This document shows, one piece after another, positions 21,047-33,000 of a stretch of 64,000 nt of DNA. The stretch is taken from assembly GCF_021028975.2 (NCBI RefSeq), contig NC_059429.1, forward strand, positions 139,190,001 to 139,254,000, in the 5' to 3' direction. The translations under genes were made by a program, and so were the position numbers. How positions within the stretch are numbered: the stretch's first letter is position 1; each line of letters starts with the position of its first letter. Below the pieces are notes generated by a model. It saw only the letters and a program-made list of their open reading frames with translations. It was not told the DNA's origin and made no database searches. The stretch comes from Sphaerodactylus townsendi (lineage: Eukaryota).

Positions 21047-21212
21047 TGTGCTGCGGGGGGGGGGGGGCAGTGCTGGCTCCTTTCCCCACCTGGGGGGGAG
21101 CGGCTTCTGAGGCTGCCAGAGGGACAGGCGCTTTCCCCGTGGGGGAGGCCAGGCGTGAAGTGGTCGATCTGCCCTGCGGGGGACTGAGCTGTGACTGGCC
21201 CTTTGGCCGAGC

Positions 21213-21218
21213 AATAAA
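21213..21218 (+). terminator. Poly(A) signal of CCNDBP1
   Basis: AATAAA 167 nt after the stop, followed by a GT/T-rich tract (~21243-21257). Confidence 0.7.
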
Positions 21219-22074
21219 GAGCCGCTGGAGCCACGTGGGTCCGTTTTGTGTGGTGTGAGGCTGCAGCCGATACCTTTGACCTTGGAACACACGCACACAC
21301 CCCGCCTCCCCTCAATGGACTCTGGGCTGCCTTGGAGCCGACTGTGCTGGTGTCCACCTTCCTTTTCTGACTGATGAGCAGTGGGGGGGGGGGGGGGGCT
21401 CTGCTGCCGTGCCCCGAGTTGCCCTGCCGTTCCGGAGGGGGCCGAGCAGGTGTTTTGTGTCTCTGTGCTGGAGCTTGGGGGGACCTGAAGGCCACAGTGC
21501 TTTTGCCACTCGCTTGATTTTCAACCCAGAAAGCAGGGTCGGGGGGCTGCCTCGTTCTGGGGGGTGGGGGATGTTCATGTTTGGACCTGCTCCCAGGTGA
21601 CTGAGTTTTGCTTGAGCAGTTGATGAAGGGGTTGCAGGAAAAAACTCCACTTGTGGTTGTCACAGCTGCTTCCGGGGTGGGGGGGGGGGGGGTGGCGCTC
21701 CAGTGCCTTGCCCCTTTATCCAGGGTGCAGGGGACGGGGCTGGCTGCTCTCCTGGTTGGGGCTCCTCTTCCCCCCTCCCCCGACGGCCCTCTCTGCTGTG
21801 TTGCTCAGGAATCTGGCTTGGGGCGGGGAGAATGACACCGTCTCAGTCTTTCACAGGGAGCACCTACTCAAAGTTAGCAGTAAGGTTGCCAGAGCTCAGC
21901 TCCATGAACGTGTGGCCAGGCTGGCTGCCTGCCGAAGGCGTCAGATCCCATTTCGTGTGTGCTGAGCAAGCCCTCTGGTCAAACCGCTCTGAGCCTCCCC
22001 TTCCTCCGTCTGCAGTGTTGGGGGGGGGGTGGCCTGCTTGCTTCCCCTCCCCCCAGCAGACAGGCAGCTCTTCC

Positions 22075-22610
22075 CTGGAATGTGTCCAGAGGAGGGCGGC
22101 CAAAATGGTAAAAGGTTTGAGATCCATGCCTTACGAAGAGAGGCTCAGGGAGCTGGGGATGTTTAGTCTGGAGAAGCGAAGGTGAAGGGCGGACATGATA
22201 GCCAGGTTGAAATATTTGAAGCAATGCCACATGACAGAGGGAGCAAGCCTGCTGCTCCAGAGACTAGGACCAGGAGTAACAGGTTCAAGGTGCAGAAAAA
22301 CTGATTCCACCTAAACATTTGGAAGAACTTTCTGAAGGTAAGGGCTGTTAGACTGTGGTTGAGTCTCTTTTGGAGGTTATTAAGCAGAGGCTGGATGGCC
22401 ATCTGTCAGGAGAGTTCAGACCCATGCTGGTGAACCTATGGCACTCCAGATGTTCATGGACTACAATTCCCACCAACCTGATGGAAATTGTAGTCCATGA
22501 ACATCTGGAGTGTCATAAGTTTGCCACCACTGGTTTAGACTGTGTGTTCCTGCATGGCAGAAGGTTGGAGCGGATGGCCCCTGTGGTCTCTTCCAACACT
22601 ACGATTCTAA
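22075..22610 (+). mobile_element. CR1-type LINE 3' fragment interrupted by a MITE
   Basis: Encodes [36 protein letters not shown] (CR1 ORF2 C-terminus). Ends in a GTCTCTTCCAAC..GATTCTA tail. Confidence 0.8.
22422..22532. mobile_element. Palindromic hAT MITE nested in CR1
   Basis: Internal palindrome CTCCAGATGTTCATGGACTACAATT..AATTGTAGTCCATGAACATCTGGAG; TSD GTTCAGAC/GTTTAGAC. Confidence 0.75.
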
Positions 22611-23104
22611 GAAATGTGGAATGCTGCCACTAAATTCCTTTCTTTTTGGGTGCTGTGGATCCAGGAATACGGAGTCCGCCTCCTTTGCTTCCGCTATCAT
22701 AAAGCGTCCTGCTGATGTCTAAGACCAACCCTGCAATGCCTGCTAAGTCTTGAGCCCGGTCAGCCCTCACGGGGCGTGTCCTGCCTGCATATTTTGGCAA
22801 GAGGTGCAGATATCCCGCTGCCAGGTGGATTTCCAACCTTTCCTTCCTGAATGGGCACCTGAAAAGTGTAGTTGTCCAACCGCTCAGGTACATGTTTTCC
22901 TGCTTCTTACACCTCCGTTTTTCTCATGGACACATTCTCAGTTTCCTTGCATCCGACTTCCTGTTTCTTCAGAGGGTTTCCCCCCAGTTATGCACACCTC
23001 CTGCCCTCTGTGATGGTCAATTCAACATCTCCCAGCTTTACATGAAGCATTTCTCCTGACTACTTAAACCAGAAGCTTTTATGCTTGGTTAAAAATGGAG
23101 TTGT

Positions 23105-23350
23105 GTGGACAGATTTGGACAGATTTATGGAGGAGAAGTCGATTTATGGCTACCAATCCTGATCCTCTTTGATCTGAGATTGCAAATGCCTTAACAGTCC
23201 AGGTGCTCGGGAGCAGCAGCCGCAGAAGGCCATTGCTTTCACCTCCTGCACGTGAGCTCCCAAAGGCACCTGGTGGGCCACTGCGAGTAGCAGAGAGCTG
23301 GACTAGATGGACTCTGGTCTGATCCAGCTGACTTGTTCTTATGTTCTTAT
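23105..23350 (+). mobile_element. 3' UTR fragment of a CR1-type LINE (same family as 55681-56492)
   Basis: Near-identical to 56268-56492, including the (TTCTTATG)n tail. Confidence 0.8.
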
Positions 23351-23592
23351 CAAACTGACCATTAGGGGGAGCAAAATGCATGGAGAACTGATCTCCCCCC
23401 CCCCCCCAACAGTTTGATGCGAGGAAACTCAGAGTGCCTGTAAGCCTATTGCTGAGCGCTGGAGAGGAGTGGGTGTGGCCTGCAGTAGCCTGGTGAGCCC
23501 CTCCCCCCCCCCCTGCTTGTCTCCCCCCCCCCCATACGGTCCTGCTGCTGTGGGAGCCTGCTGAGTGACCTTGGGCCAGTCACACACTCTCT

Positions 23593-23740
23593 CAGGGGTC
23601 TGCAACCTGCAGCTCTCCAGATGTTCATGGACTACAATTCCCATCAGCCCCTGCCAGCATGGCCAATTGGCCATGCTGGCAGGGTCTGATGGGATTTGTA
23701 GTCCATGAATTTCGGGAGAGCCACAGGTTGCAGACCCCTA
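23593..23740. mobile_element. Palindromic hAT MITE
   Basis: CAGGGGTCTGCAACCTG...CAGGTTGCAGACCCCTA; near-perfect hairpin centred on GGCCAATTGGCC. Confidence 0.75.
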
Positions 23741-24003
23741 GCTGCTTCACGTGGTGGTTGTGAGGATAAAATGGAGGAGAAGCACTTTGCAACCACTTGT
23801 TGAGAAAGCCGAGTTACGAATGAGTCTGGGCAAGAGTTCTTTGCCACCCGCTGTCTGTCTGTGCCAGCTGGACATTAAACGGAAGGGAGCCCCCTTCACC
23901 TCCTAGGAAGGCGACAGGCAGCGCCAGGGGCCGCCACAAGGGGGCACTGGCAGGAAGCGCTGGAAAGAGGCAGCTCTGCAAAGGGTTGGTGAAGGTGCCA
24001 AGC

Positions 24004-24009
24004 TTTATT
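24004..24009 (-). terminator. Poly(A) signal of the TGM5-like gene
   Basis: AATAAA on the minus strand about 70 nt after the stop at 24078. Confidence 0.7.
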
Positions 24010-24077
24010 GGGGGGTGGGGGGTGGAGAGGGAGGCCAGATGCCCTTTACGGTGTGTGGGGTGTGGGAGTCTCTTCCT

Positions 24078-27000
24078 CTAGGTGCCTCCTGGGCGGGGGG
24101 CCACCTCCAGCAGCTTCCACCCCTTGATGGGGGGGAAGTGGTCGCTCGTGAGGGTGACGTGCAGCTGCCGCGGTCCACTCTTGTAGGGCGTCACCTGGAC
24201 CTTGAGGCTGCCTTTCTCCTGGGCGCTCAGGGAGCCCAACCTGCGGGGGTGGGGGGGAGGCAAAGCGGGCAAGTCATTGCCGGGTGCCAGCTCTGGCGCT
24301 TCCCTCCCAGTGACCCTTCCCCAAACCAGTCTCTCACCCCCTCCCCAAAGCAGCTGCAGCCGCCCCTCAGGACTTCATGCCCTCAAAAAATACCCCACCC
24401 CCATGCGCCTGGTGGTCATTTGTCCAAAGCTGAAAATGTATCTGAGTGGACAGATCACGTGGACTTGTCAAGTGGAAGGTTAGCAGAGACCCAGAAGCCC
24501 ACCACGGGTTCTCCCCAGACCTCCTGCCCCCACCAGTGGGGAAACCAGTCCTTGGAGCGGGAGCGGAGCTTCCCTTCCAGGCTTTGGAAACCTTCGCTTG
24601 AGCCCAGGGACGTGGAGGGGGGGCTCCTTCAGGAGGGCCAGCCCTGCAGTTAGCAGAAGTGCTCCCCAGTCCCTGTGGGGCTCCAGGCAACAACTGATCC
24701 TTGAGCTCATGGGGAAGGCGTGTGTGGGGCTGCAGGAGGCTGGGAGCGGAATGCAGGACAAGCTTTATCTAGGGCAAGGGTCTTCAAACTATGGCCCTCC
24801 AGATGTTCATGGACTACAATTCCAATCAGCCCCTGCCAGCATGGCCTATTGACCATGCTGGCAGGGGCTGATGGGAATTGTAGTCCATGACCATCTGGAG
24901 TGCCAAAGGTTCGCCACCACAGATCTAGGGTAACCAAAAGCTTAGGGTGGGGCTCTCCCCCTTTTGCAGCCTTCTGGCCATTGGATGTCTTCCCCCCCCC
25001 CCATCCCTGGGCAGGGCCCTTGGCTTCCCTGGGGGGGTGAGCAGAGGGGGCTGCTGAATGGGCGACCTGGCAGAGGCCCTGGAGGGAAACCACCAGCCTC
25101 CGTTGGCAGGGCCAGGGCCTTGCCAAGATTTCCTCCTGCCCCCCTGCCCCTGTGGCCCGGCCACTACTCACTCCACCACAGCCTGGTCCTTCACCAGCCC
25201 GCTGCCTTCCAGGGTCAAGAGGCAGCCGTCGGCAGGCTGGGGCAGGGGGTTGACGAATTCCACGTGGAGCGGGAAAGGCTGGTGCACCACCACCGGGGCC
25301 AAGACCTGCGCACGAGAGAGAGAGGAGCCCGTGGTCAGCCCAGCCACCCCTTCCTGGGCCGAGGGGGCAGGGGCGCAGGCAGGCCGGTGTTCCCCTGGGC
25401 TGCTTCCAGAGTTTCACAGGGACAGTCAAAGAGCCCCAACCTGACCCCCCCACCCAGCCAGGACAGGGAAGCAAACCAGGCTGGCACGAGACGCTGCCGC
25501 CGGTGCCCAGCGATCCTGCTGGGGTTGAGGGGCCCTTTCCTAATCCATCCCAGACGAACCAGAATGGCTGGACTTGAGTCCACCTGCACCGGGGAGCCCA
25601 GGGAGAGCTAGAGGGCCAGGAGCGCCCTTCTTCCAAGCTCAGAGGGGAGAGGCTGCCAGGGCCCTGGGGAAGGGGGCTGGCCCCGCAATCAGAGCAGGAG
25701 GAAGGCTTCATTCGAGGGGGGGGGGGGGCGGCCCTGGCAGAAGAAATGCCGGCCGGCTGCAATGCGGATGGAAAGATCAGGTTGCTGAACACAGCTGGAA
25801 TCTCTTCCAAGGGCAAACAGAGAAAGGAGAGGCTTGACTTTAAAAGCCAGCATGATGAGTGGTTTACAGGGTGGGACTAGAACCTGAGGAGATCCAGGTT
25901 CAAATCCCCGCTCTGCTGTGGAAGCTGACTGGGTGGCCTTGGGCCAGCCACACGCTGTCAGCCTAGCCTACTTCACAGGGTTGTTGTACGGATCATAAAA
26001 CAGAGGAGAGGAGAAGGATAGAAGAATCCCCCTTGGGGAGAAAAAGGGGTATAAATGAGCAGATAAATACATGGACGAGTGGTCGGCCTTCCCACAATAT
26101 GATGTGTGGAAATTGGCCTCCCCAGCAGTGCCCTTGGAAGGAGCAGAATCATGAAAAGGATCCAGAAGAGCTCCAGAACAGCGCCGGCCAGTTGGCCTGA
26201 GGCCTCTTCTGGGTCAGCGGGTGGGACTGGTGACCAGCGCATCATAGCGATGAAGTCTCAGCCTGCCTGGCCCAGTTGGAGCCAGCATGACTGGGTCTGG
26301 TGCAGCCAGGCTCCTCTAGGGCAGAGCGGCAGGGAGGGAGCCCGCCGCCCCCCTGCTGTGACTGGGGCTCATGTCTCTGCCAGGAGCCCTCTCTTCCCCT
26401 GCTGTCCCACAGCTGAGGCGCCCCCTCCCTCCCTCCCTCCCGCCGTGCAGGTGGCGTACGCTGAGGGTCAGGGTGGGGTTGGTCATGGTGATGGTCTTCT
26501 CCACCAGCGTCTTCTGCCAGGAGACATTCTCCTCCGCTATGGCGATGACCTGGACTTGCCGGTCCTCTGCCAGGTGTGTGCCGTACTGCCCGTATGCGAT
26601 GCGCCAGGACACACTCTTCTCTGCAAAGTGAGTGTCAAGGTCAAGAGCCTGGCCGGGCAGGTGGGCGGGTGGCCAGCCCCAGAGCCTGCTGGGTGAGCCC
26701 CTTGCTCACCTTCTTTGGGGCTCAAGGAGAGGTAGTGGGTGTCCTGCCAGAAGGGGGGGCGGGGGGTGCCATTGTGCAGGACGGGCTGGGTGCTCAGGCT
26801 CAGCTTCACCTCCTTGTGGGCCACCTCCAGGTTCTGCGCCAGCAGCATCAGGTGAAGGTCCTGCCCGAACTCGGGGTTCTCCACCAGCTGGATCCGGAGA
26901 GCGAGCTGCCCTTCCGCCGGCGCTGCCAGGTCCCCCCTGCTTGCCGCAGCGGAGTGCCTCCTGCTCAGCTCTTCCGCTTCAGGCCCTGCGGCCCCTGTGC

Positions 27001-30000
27001 CTGTCCTGGCAGTGGCGGCCTTCAGGAAGGCCCGGCGCTCCTCCACAGAACCTGCGGGCAGACAGAGGAGGAGGAGGAGGAGAGGAATGGCTGCCTGCCC
27101 TGGCTGATGCCGAGTGGGCCTCGTACCCCGGCCTCTCCCCAGCGGCGCCTTCTCCTCCAGCCGGCCGCCCTGCTCACTTGCTCCAGGGGCGTGGAGGGGC
27201 CCTGGACTCTGCACCGCCCAGAATGGGGAAGGGGTATTCCTGTGTCATGAGAGCCAGCGTGGTGTGGTGGTTAAGAGCAGGGAGACTCTAATCTGCAGAA
27301 CCAGGTTTGATTTCCCGCTCCTCCACATGAGCGGTGGAGTCTTCCTTTCTTTCCCATTCTGCGCATCTCTCCAGACTCCCGTTGCACACAATGCTGCTCT
27401 CAATATTTGGCTCAAGGATGAGTCCTGGTTGGCATTTACTCTCAGTCCCTGCCTTTCTGCACCTACATTGGAGGCTCTGGGGTGTTGTGGGCAGAGGCAT
27501 AGATACAACGGGGACATCCGGGAACAAATGTCCCAGGCACCCACCATTGGGGGAACAGAAAAATTTGGGCTCATTTCTATATTTTTTGGGGGTATTTTTA
27601 GTGTTTTTATGTTGTTGGCCAGCAGGTGGCACAGTTTTTAGGCTAGTGGCACCAAAATTTCAGGCTATCGTAAGGTGACACTCCTGATGATACCAGCCAA
27701 GTTTGGTGAAGTTTGGTTCGGGTTATGGACTTCCAAAGGGGGCACTCCCATCCCCATTGCTCTGCAATGTAAAGAGCTAATAGTAGATGGGGCTACCCTT
27801 TTGAGGGTCCATAACTTTGGACCCCCTGAACCAAACTTCACTAAACCTAGGTGGTATCATCAGGAGAGTCTCCTGAAGATAGCCTAAAATTTTGGTACTG
27901 TTAGCTTAAACATTGTTCCATGGCAGTCACCCTCAAATTTTCCCCAGGTTCTCTCTTTAAATCCTCCCCCTTTGGAGTGGATTTAAAGGGAGAATCTGGG
28001 CTCCCTAAATTAAAAAACATTGAAAGTATCGTTGAGGGCTTTCACAACCAGATTCAACTGGTTGTTGTGGGTTCTACAGGCTGTGTGGCTGTGGTCTGGT
28101 AGATCTTGTTCCTAATGTTTCACCTGCATCTGTGGCTGGCATCTTCAGAGGTGCATCACAGAGAGGAGTGTGTTATAAGAGAAGTCTGGACACAGAGTAT
28201 AACAGATACACCTCTGAAGATACCAGCCTCTGAAGATACCTCTGTGATACACCTCTGAAGATACCAGCCACAGATGCAGGTGAAACATTAGGAACAAGAT
28301 CCACCAGACCAGGGCCATGCAGCCTGGAAAACCCAGAACAACCAACATTGAAAGTGATGCTGTTTCGGGGTGAGGGAATCCACCCTGAAACAGCATCATT
28401 TTCAATGTTGTCAAAACTAGGGAGCCCAGATTCTCCCTTTAAGATGGATTTAAAAGGAGAATCTGGGCTCTCTAGTCTAAACAACATTGAAAGTGATGCT
28501 GTTTTGGGGTGGATTCTCTCCTTTTAAGGTAGATTTAAAAGGAGAATCTGGGCTCCCTAGTCTAAACATTGAAAATTATGCTGTTCCAGGGGGGCTCTCC
28601 CCCCCTCGAACAGCATCTCTTTCAATGTTGTTTAAACTTGGGAGCCCTGAGTGTGTTCAGATGTATGTGTTGGGGCACGTTCTATAAGGTGATGGTGATT
28701 TTGAGATGACCTGGTGCAAAAAACATTGTTTGGTCGTGGTGGGGGAGGGTGGCCACCCATATGGAGGGGGGGCGCAAAACTCAGATTTTGCCACAGGCTC
28801 CATTTTCCCTAGCTACGCCTCTGGTTGTGGGGTTTCCGGGGCTGTATGGCCGTGTTCCAGTAGCATTTTCTCCTGTGGCAGATGCCAGCCACAGATGCAG
28901 GCGAAACGTCAGGAGAAAATGCTACTGGAACACGGCCATGCAGCCTGGAAACCATACAGCACCCCAGTGATTCCGGCTGTGAAAGCCTTTGACTATTGTG
29001 AAAGCCATGAAAGCCTTTGACTGGGGGCTCTGCTGGTCGCGTGGGCCTGGGGCTGGCTAGGGTGGTCCGGCCATTAAAGCAGCAGAAGGGGACCAGGGAG
29101 ATTGAAGAAGAGGAGTTGGTTTTTACATCCTATTTTTCTCTACCTTTAAGGAGCCTCCACGTGGCCTCGTCCCTCCCCAGAACAGACACCTTGAGAGGTG
29201 AGTGGGGATGAAAGAGTTCAGTGGGAACTGGGCCAAGATCGCCCAGCAGGCTTCCTATGTAGGAGCAGGGAAACAAATCCAGTTCACCAGGTGAGAGTCT
29301 GCTGCTCATGTGGAGGAGAGGGGAAACAAATCTGGATCTCCAGAATCCCTGCTGCCTCTCTCCCCGGATGCTCGTGGCGTGGGGCCAGCGGGGCAAAACC
29401 GGTTCTTGCCTTGGCCCCCACCACTGCTGACAGGGTGACCTTGGGCCAGTCGCAGGTTCTCAGCTGACCGTCCCTCACAGAGGATGAAATGAGGAAGCGA
29501 GAGGCAGGCAGGCAGGCATGGTGGGCCCAAGGAGGAGCGAAGGGTGGCCAACCCCCCAAGAGAGGGGTGAAGAGAGAGAGAGAGACCTTCCTGGTGCTTG
29601 TAGGCGCTGGTGATGTCCTCTCGGTCCTGACTGCCCAGGCGCTTGGTGCTGATGTGGTTCCCGATGGCGCTCGTATCCCAGTTCAGCTTCTCTTTCCTCG
29701 TCCCAGAAAGCAGCCAAGCGACACGATCCGCATTCACCATGGAGTACACAAAAGGGGCGTCGTAGCGATGCTGCACGTCTCCTTCCCGGATAGCCATGAC
29801 GGGGGCCGGGCCGCAGCAGAACAGCCCTGAGGGAGGGAAGGAGGGAGGGAGGAGAATAGGAGGGGGGGCTAGAGCAGCGGAGGCAGTGCTGAGCCCCTCC
29901 CCCCTCGGGATGGAGGTGGACACTGACCGTTGCTGCGTTCCTGGGGGGTGGCATCCAAGACCTGCCAGCCACCGTACCCTGCAGGCAGGTCCCTCCGTGC

Positions 30001-33000
30001 CATCCAGCACTCGTTCCACACGTGGAAGTTCCTGCAAGGAAGGGAACCCACAGGAGACGGTTTCTGGAGCAGGTGGGGGCTGGGGCCGGTCCGAGGCTCT
30101 GGGAGGCGGGATGGGAAACAACACGGCCCAGGAGCTCCTTGAACCCCACAGCCTAGGAGGCCAGGAGGCGGAGCGGGTGGGGGGCGCCCCAGTCCTGAGC
30201 GGCTTTCCCTCGAGGGGGGCCAGCATGGGCCATATTTCCATCCGGAATGTCCCAGGGTCTTGTGGGGGTGAAGAAAAATTCCTTTCCTCTGCGAACTGGA
30301 AGAGCTACGGGGTCCTGGGGAGGGAGGGGGCATGAAGGGGAGGGGCCTCGATGGGGCAGGGCGTCAGACGATTAGGGTCCGCCCTCCAAAGCAGCCGTTT
30401 TCTCCAGGAAGAGAGTTCCTCAGGATAGTTGTGTGGGTCTGCAGTGGGAGTGCTGACTCCCGGACCCCCGTACAGATCAATGAGACTGCATAAGGGGTAG
30501 AAGCCCTTGAGATACCTTCGATCGGCAAAATGAGTATTGAGTCTGGTGGGGAGGTTTGTGCCGAATTCTTACCAAACGCTGTCCTTGCTCTCCCGGGGCA
30601 AGAGTTCGCCCGTCTTGTCATAGAAGACGTCAATAATCAAGTTCCCGTCTGTGTCGTGCCCCGAGTTGAAATTAGTCACCACGCGGGACGGGATCCCAAG
30701 GCACCGCATCACTGGGGGCGGGGGAGAACAATGAACCACCGAGGCCCCTCCCCACCCCCCCACCCAATGGCTGTCCCCAGCAGGGAGGGCCTTCCTTTTC
30801 CCACTGGCCTCGCCTCCTCTGTCCAGCCCACACGGGACACTCCTCTGTTCACGCTGGCGTGGTTGGAAGCATCGCTGATGACGGTGGGCATCTCAGAGTG
30901 GGCGCAGCCAGTCTCGCCACCCGGGCAGGTTCCGAGGGGGGCACTTACACTAGCCCCCCCCCCGAGGCAAAATGCCGTGTTGCCATTTAAAGACCCACAT
31001 TGTAAAGGGAGAAGGGATTCACGGGCCCCCAAGGTAAAATCAGTAGCCCATTAAGTACAGCAAAAGGCAGCATGGTGTAGTGGTTAAGGTATTGGACTGG
31101 GATCCAGGAAAACAAGGTCCAAATTGCCATGCGAACGAGTCGCGTTGTCCTGGGCTAGGGTTCCCAGAGGCTGGCTAATGTCAGGAAGGCATCCACTTAT
31201 TCTTGATGCTCCTTGCTGACACTAATGTGGGCTGAGTTGGGTTACCTGTGATGACCCCCATTCTTCTACACCTGGGCAAGGAGAAATCATGGGGCCTTCT
31301 ACCTTCCTCTAATGGGGTATTGCCTCAAATGGCAACAAGAGCCCCTTTTCTCTCCTTGCCCCCTCCCCAGCTTTCATTCTCAAGTAAACCTTTAGAAGTC
31401 TGGCTGGATTGAGAGGACTCAGCCAGGAGCGGCAGCATCGCACAAAGGCCCAGTTGCCCCCCCCATACCTGCCCCCCCCACACACACACCAGAGATCTCC
31501 CACCAGTGTCAGGAGGAACACTCCCAGCCTTGACCCTGGCCAAGTTTTGGGTGGGAGACCTCCAAGGAATACTAGGGGCGCAAGATGGAGGCAGGCAACG
31601 GCAAACCCCCTCCTCGCGTCTCTTGCCTTGGAAACCCCACCAGGGGGCGCCACACGTCAGCTGTGCCTCAGCAGCAAGAAAACATTTAAGTACAATACGG
31701 ATATAGCAGAATGTTGACCAGAAAGTCCAACAAGATCACATCTGACCCTGGATTAGGAATCAGCTCAAAGCCGAGGGGCCGCCTCAGCAGGAAGCTGAAA
31801 GGGACAGTGGAAAGGGCCCCCGTCCCTGATTCTCAGCCCACCCCCACCCCGCCCCCCACTCCCCGAGAGTGGCAAGGGGTGCTCCCCAACCTGTGCACAT
31901 CACACCCGCGAAGACCCAGCACTGCCCATATCTGACCGGGCGGCCCCCACTGCGGTGCCACTTCCGGAGGATGGCCACGCTGCCGCTCCACTCTGTCGGG
32001 CGGACCCCCCCGGAGTAGTCTTCGCTCCAGTTGCCCTGCAGGACCCCGTTGTCATCGTTGCTGTTGACCTGGAAGGAGGCAGAGTCATGAATGGAGGGCC
32101 CTCCGCCCTCTCTCGGGGCCCCTCCTCCTGACCTGGGGCAACACACCTGTGCCCACCACACAGGGTGAGCCAGAGCCACGCCCCCTGCCAGGGGAGGCAG
32201 GGATGGGCAGCTGCACCAACACCCCAGCTCTGGGATGTGGCTGGCACGACCCCTGCCCCCCCCCCACTCTCTTCCCCCTCCTGGCACCTGGCCAGTCCAG
32301 CGCCTCCAGTCAGGAGGGGGGCCAACTACCCCCCTCAGCCAGGAGGGAAGGCTTGCACGGTGGTGTGGGGAGGGGGCATCGGTAGCTCTTACAATTGCAC
32401 TCAGCACCCGACTGACGTAGGCTGCGCTGCTCCGCAGGGAGCAGTCCCTGGCCGGGTCACGCAGGTAGTTCAAGTTTCTGTCCAGGAGTTTCAAGCAGAT
32501 GTCTATGATGTCCTCCTCAAACTGAAGAAGAAGATGAAGAGCTTGGATTTATATCTCCCCTTTTTCTCCTTCAAGGAGACTCAAAGGGGCTGACAATCTC
32601 CTTGCCCTTAACCCCCCCACCACCACAATAAACACCCTGTGAGGTGGGTGGGGCTGAGAGAGCTCCGAGAGAACTGTGATGAGCCCAAGGCCCCCCAGGT
32701 GGCGTGTGTTGGAGTCAGCAGTGTATTTGCCTGGGTTACACATGTCCCCAGGTGCAACTAATCTGGTCACATGGGGGGCACAAAATCAGCCCCCCCACAT
32801 GACCAGATGCCTTCCGGCCCAGGAGCCGCTGCACCTGCGTGAGTTTCTCTTGCCCTGTGGCTGTTGGGCAGGGAAAAGGGGCTGGCCAAGCTCTTACTCA
32901 CAAGTAAGGGCTTTTAAAAGTAAGCACTTACTTGTGAGTAAGCCCCGCGATTTTCTCTTGCGCCCCAGCTGCTGGGCCGGGAAGAGGGGCTGGTCCCAGG

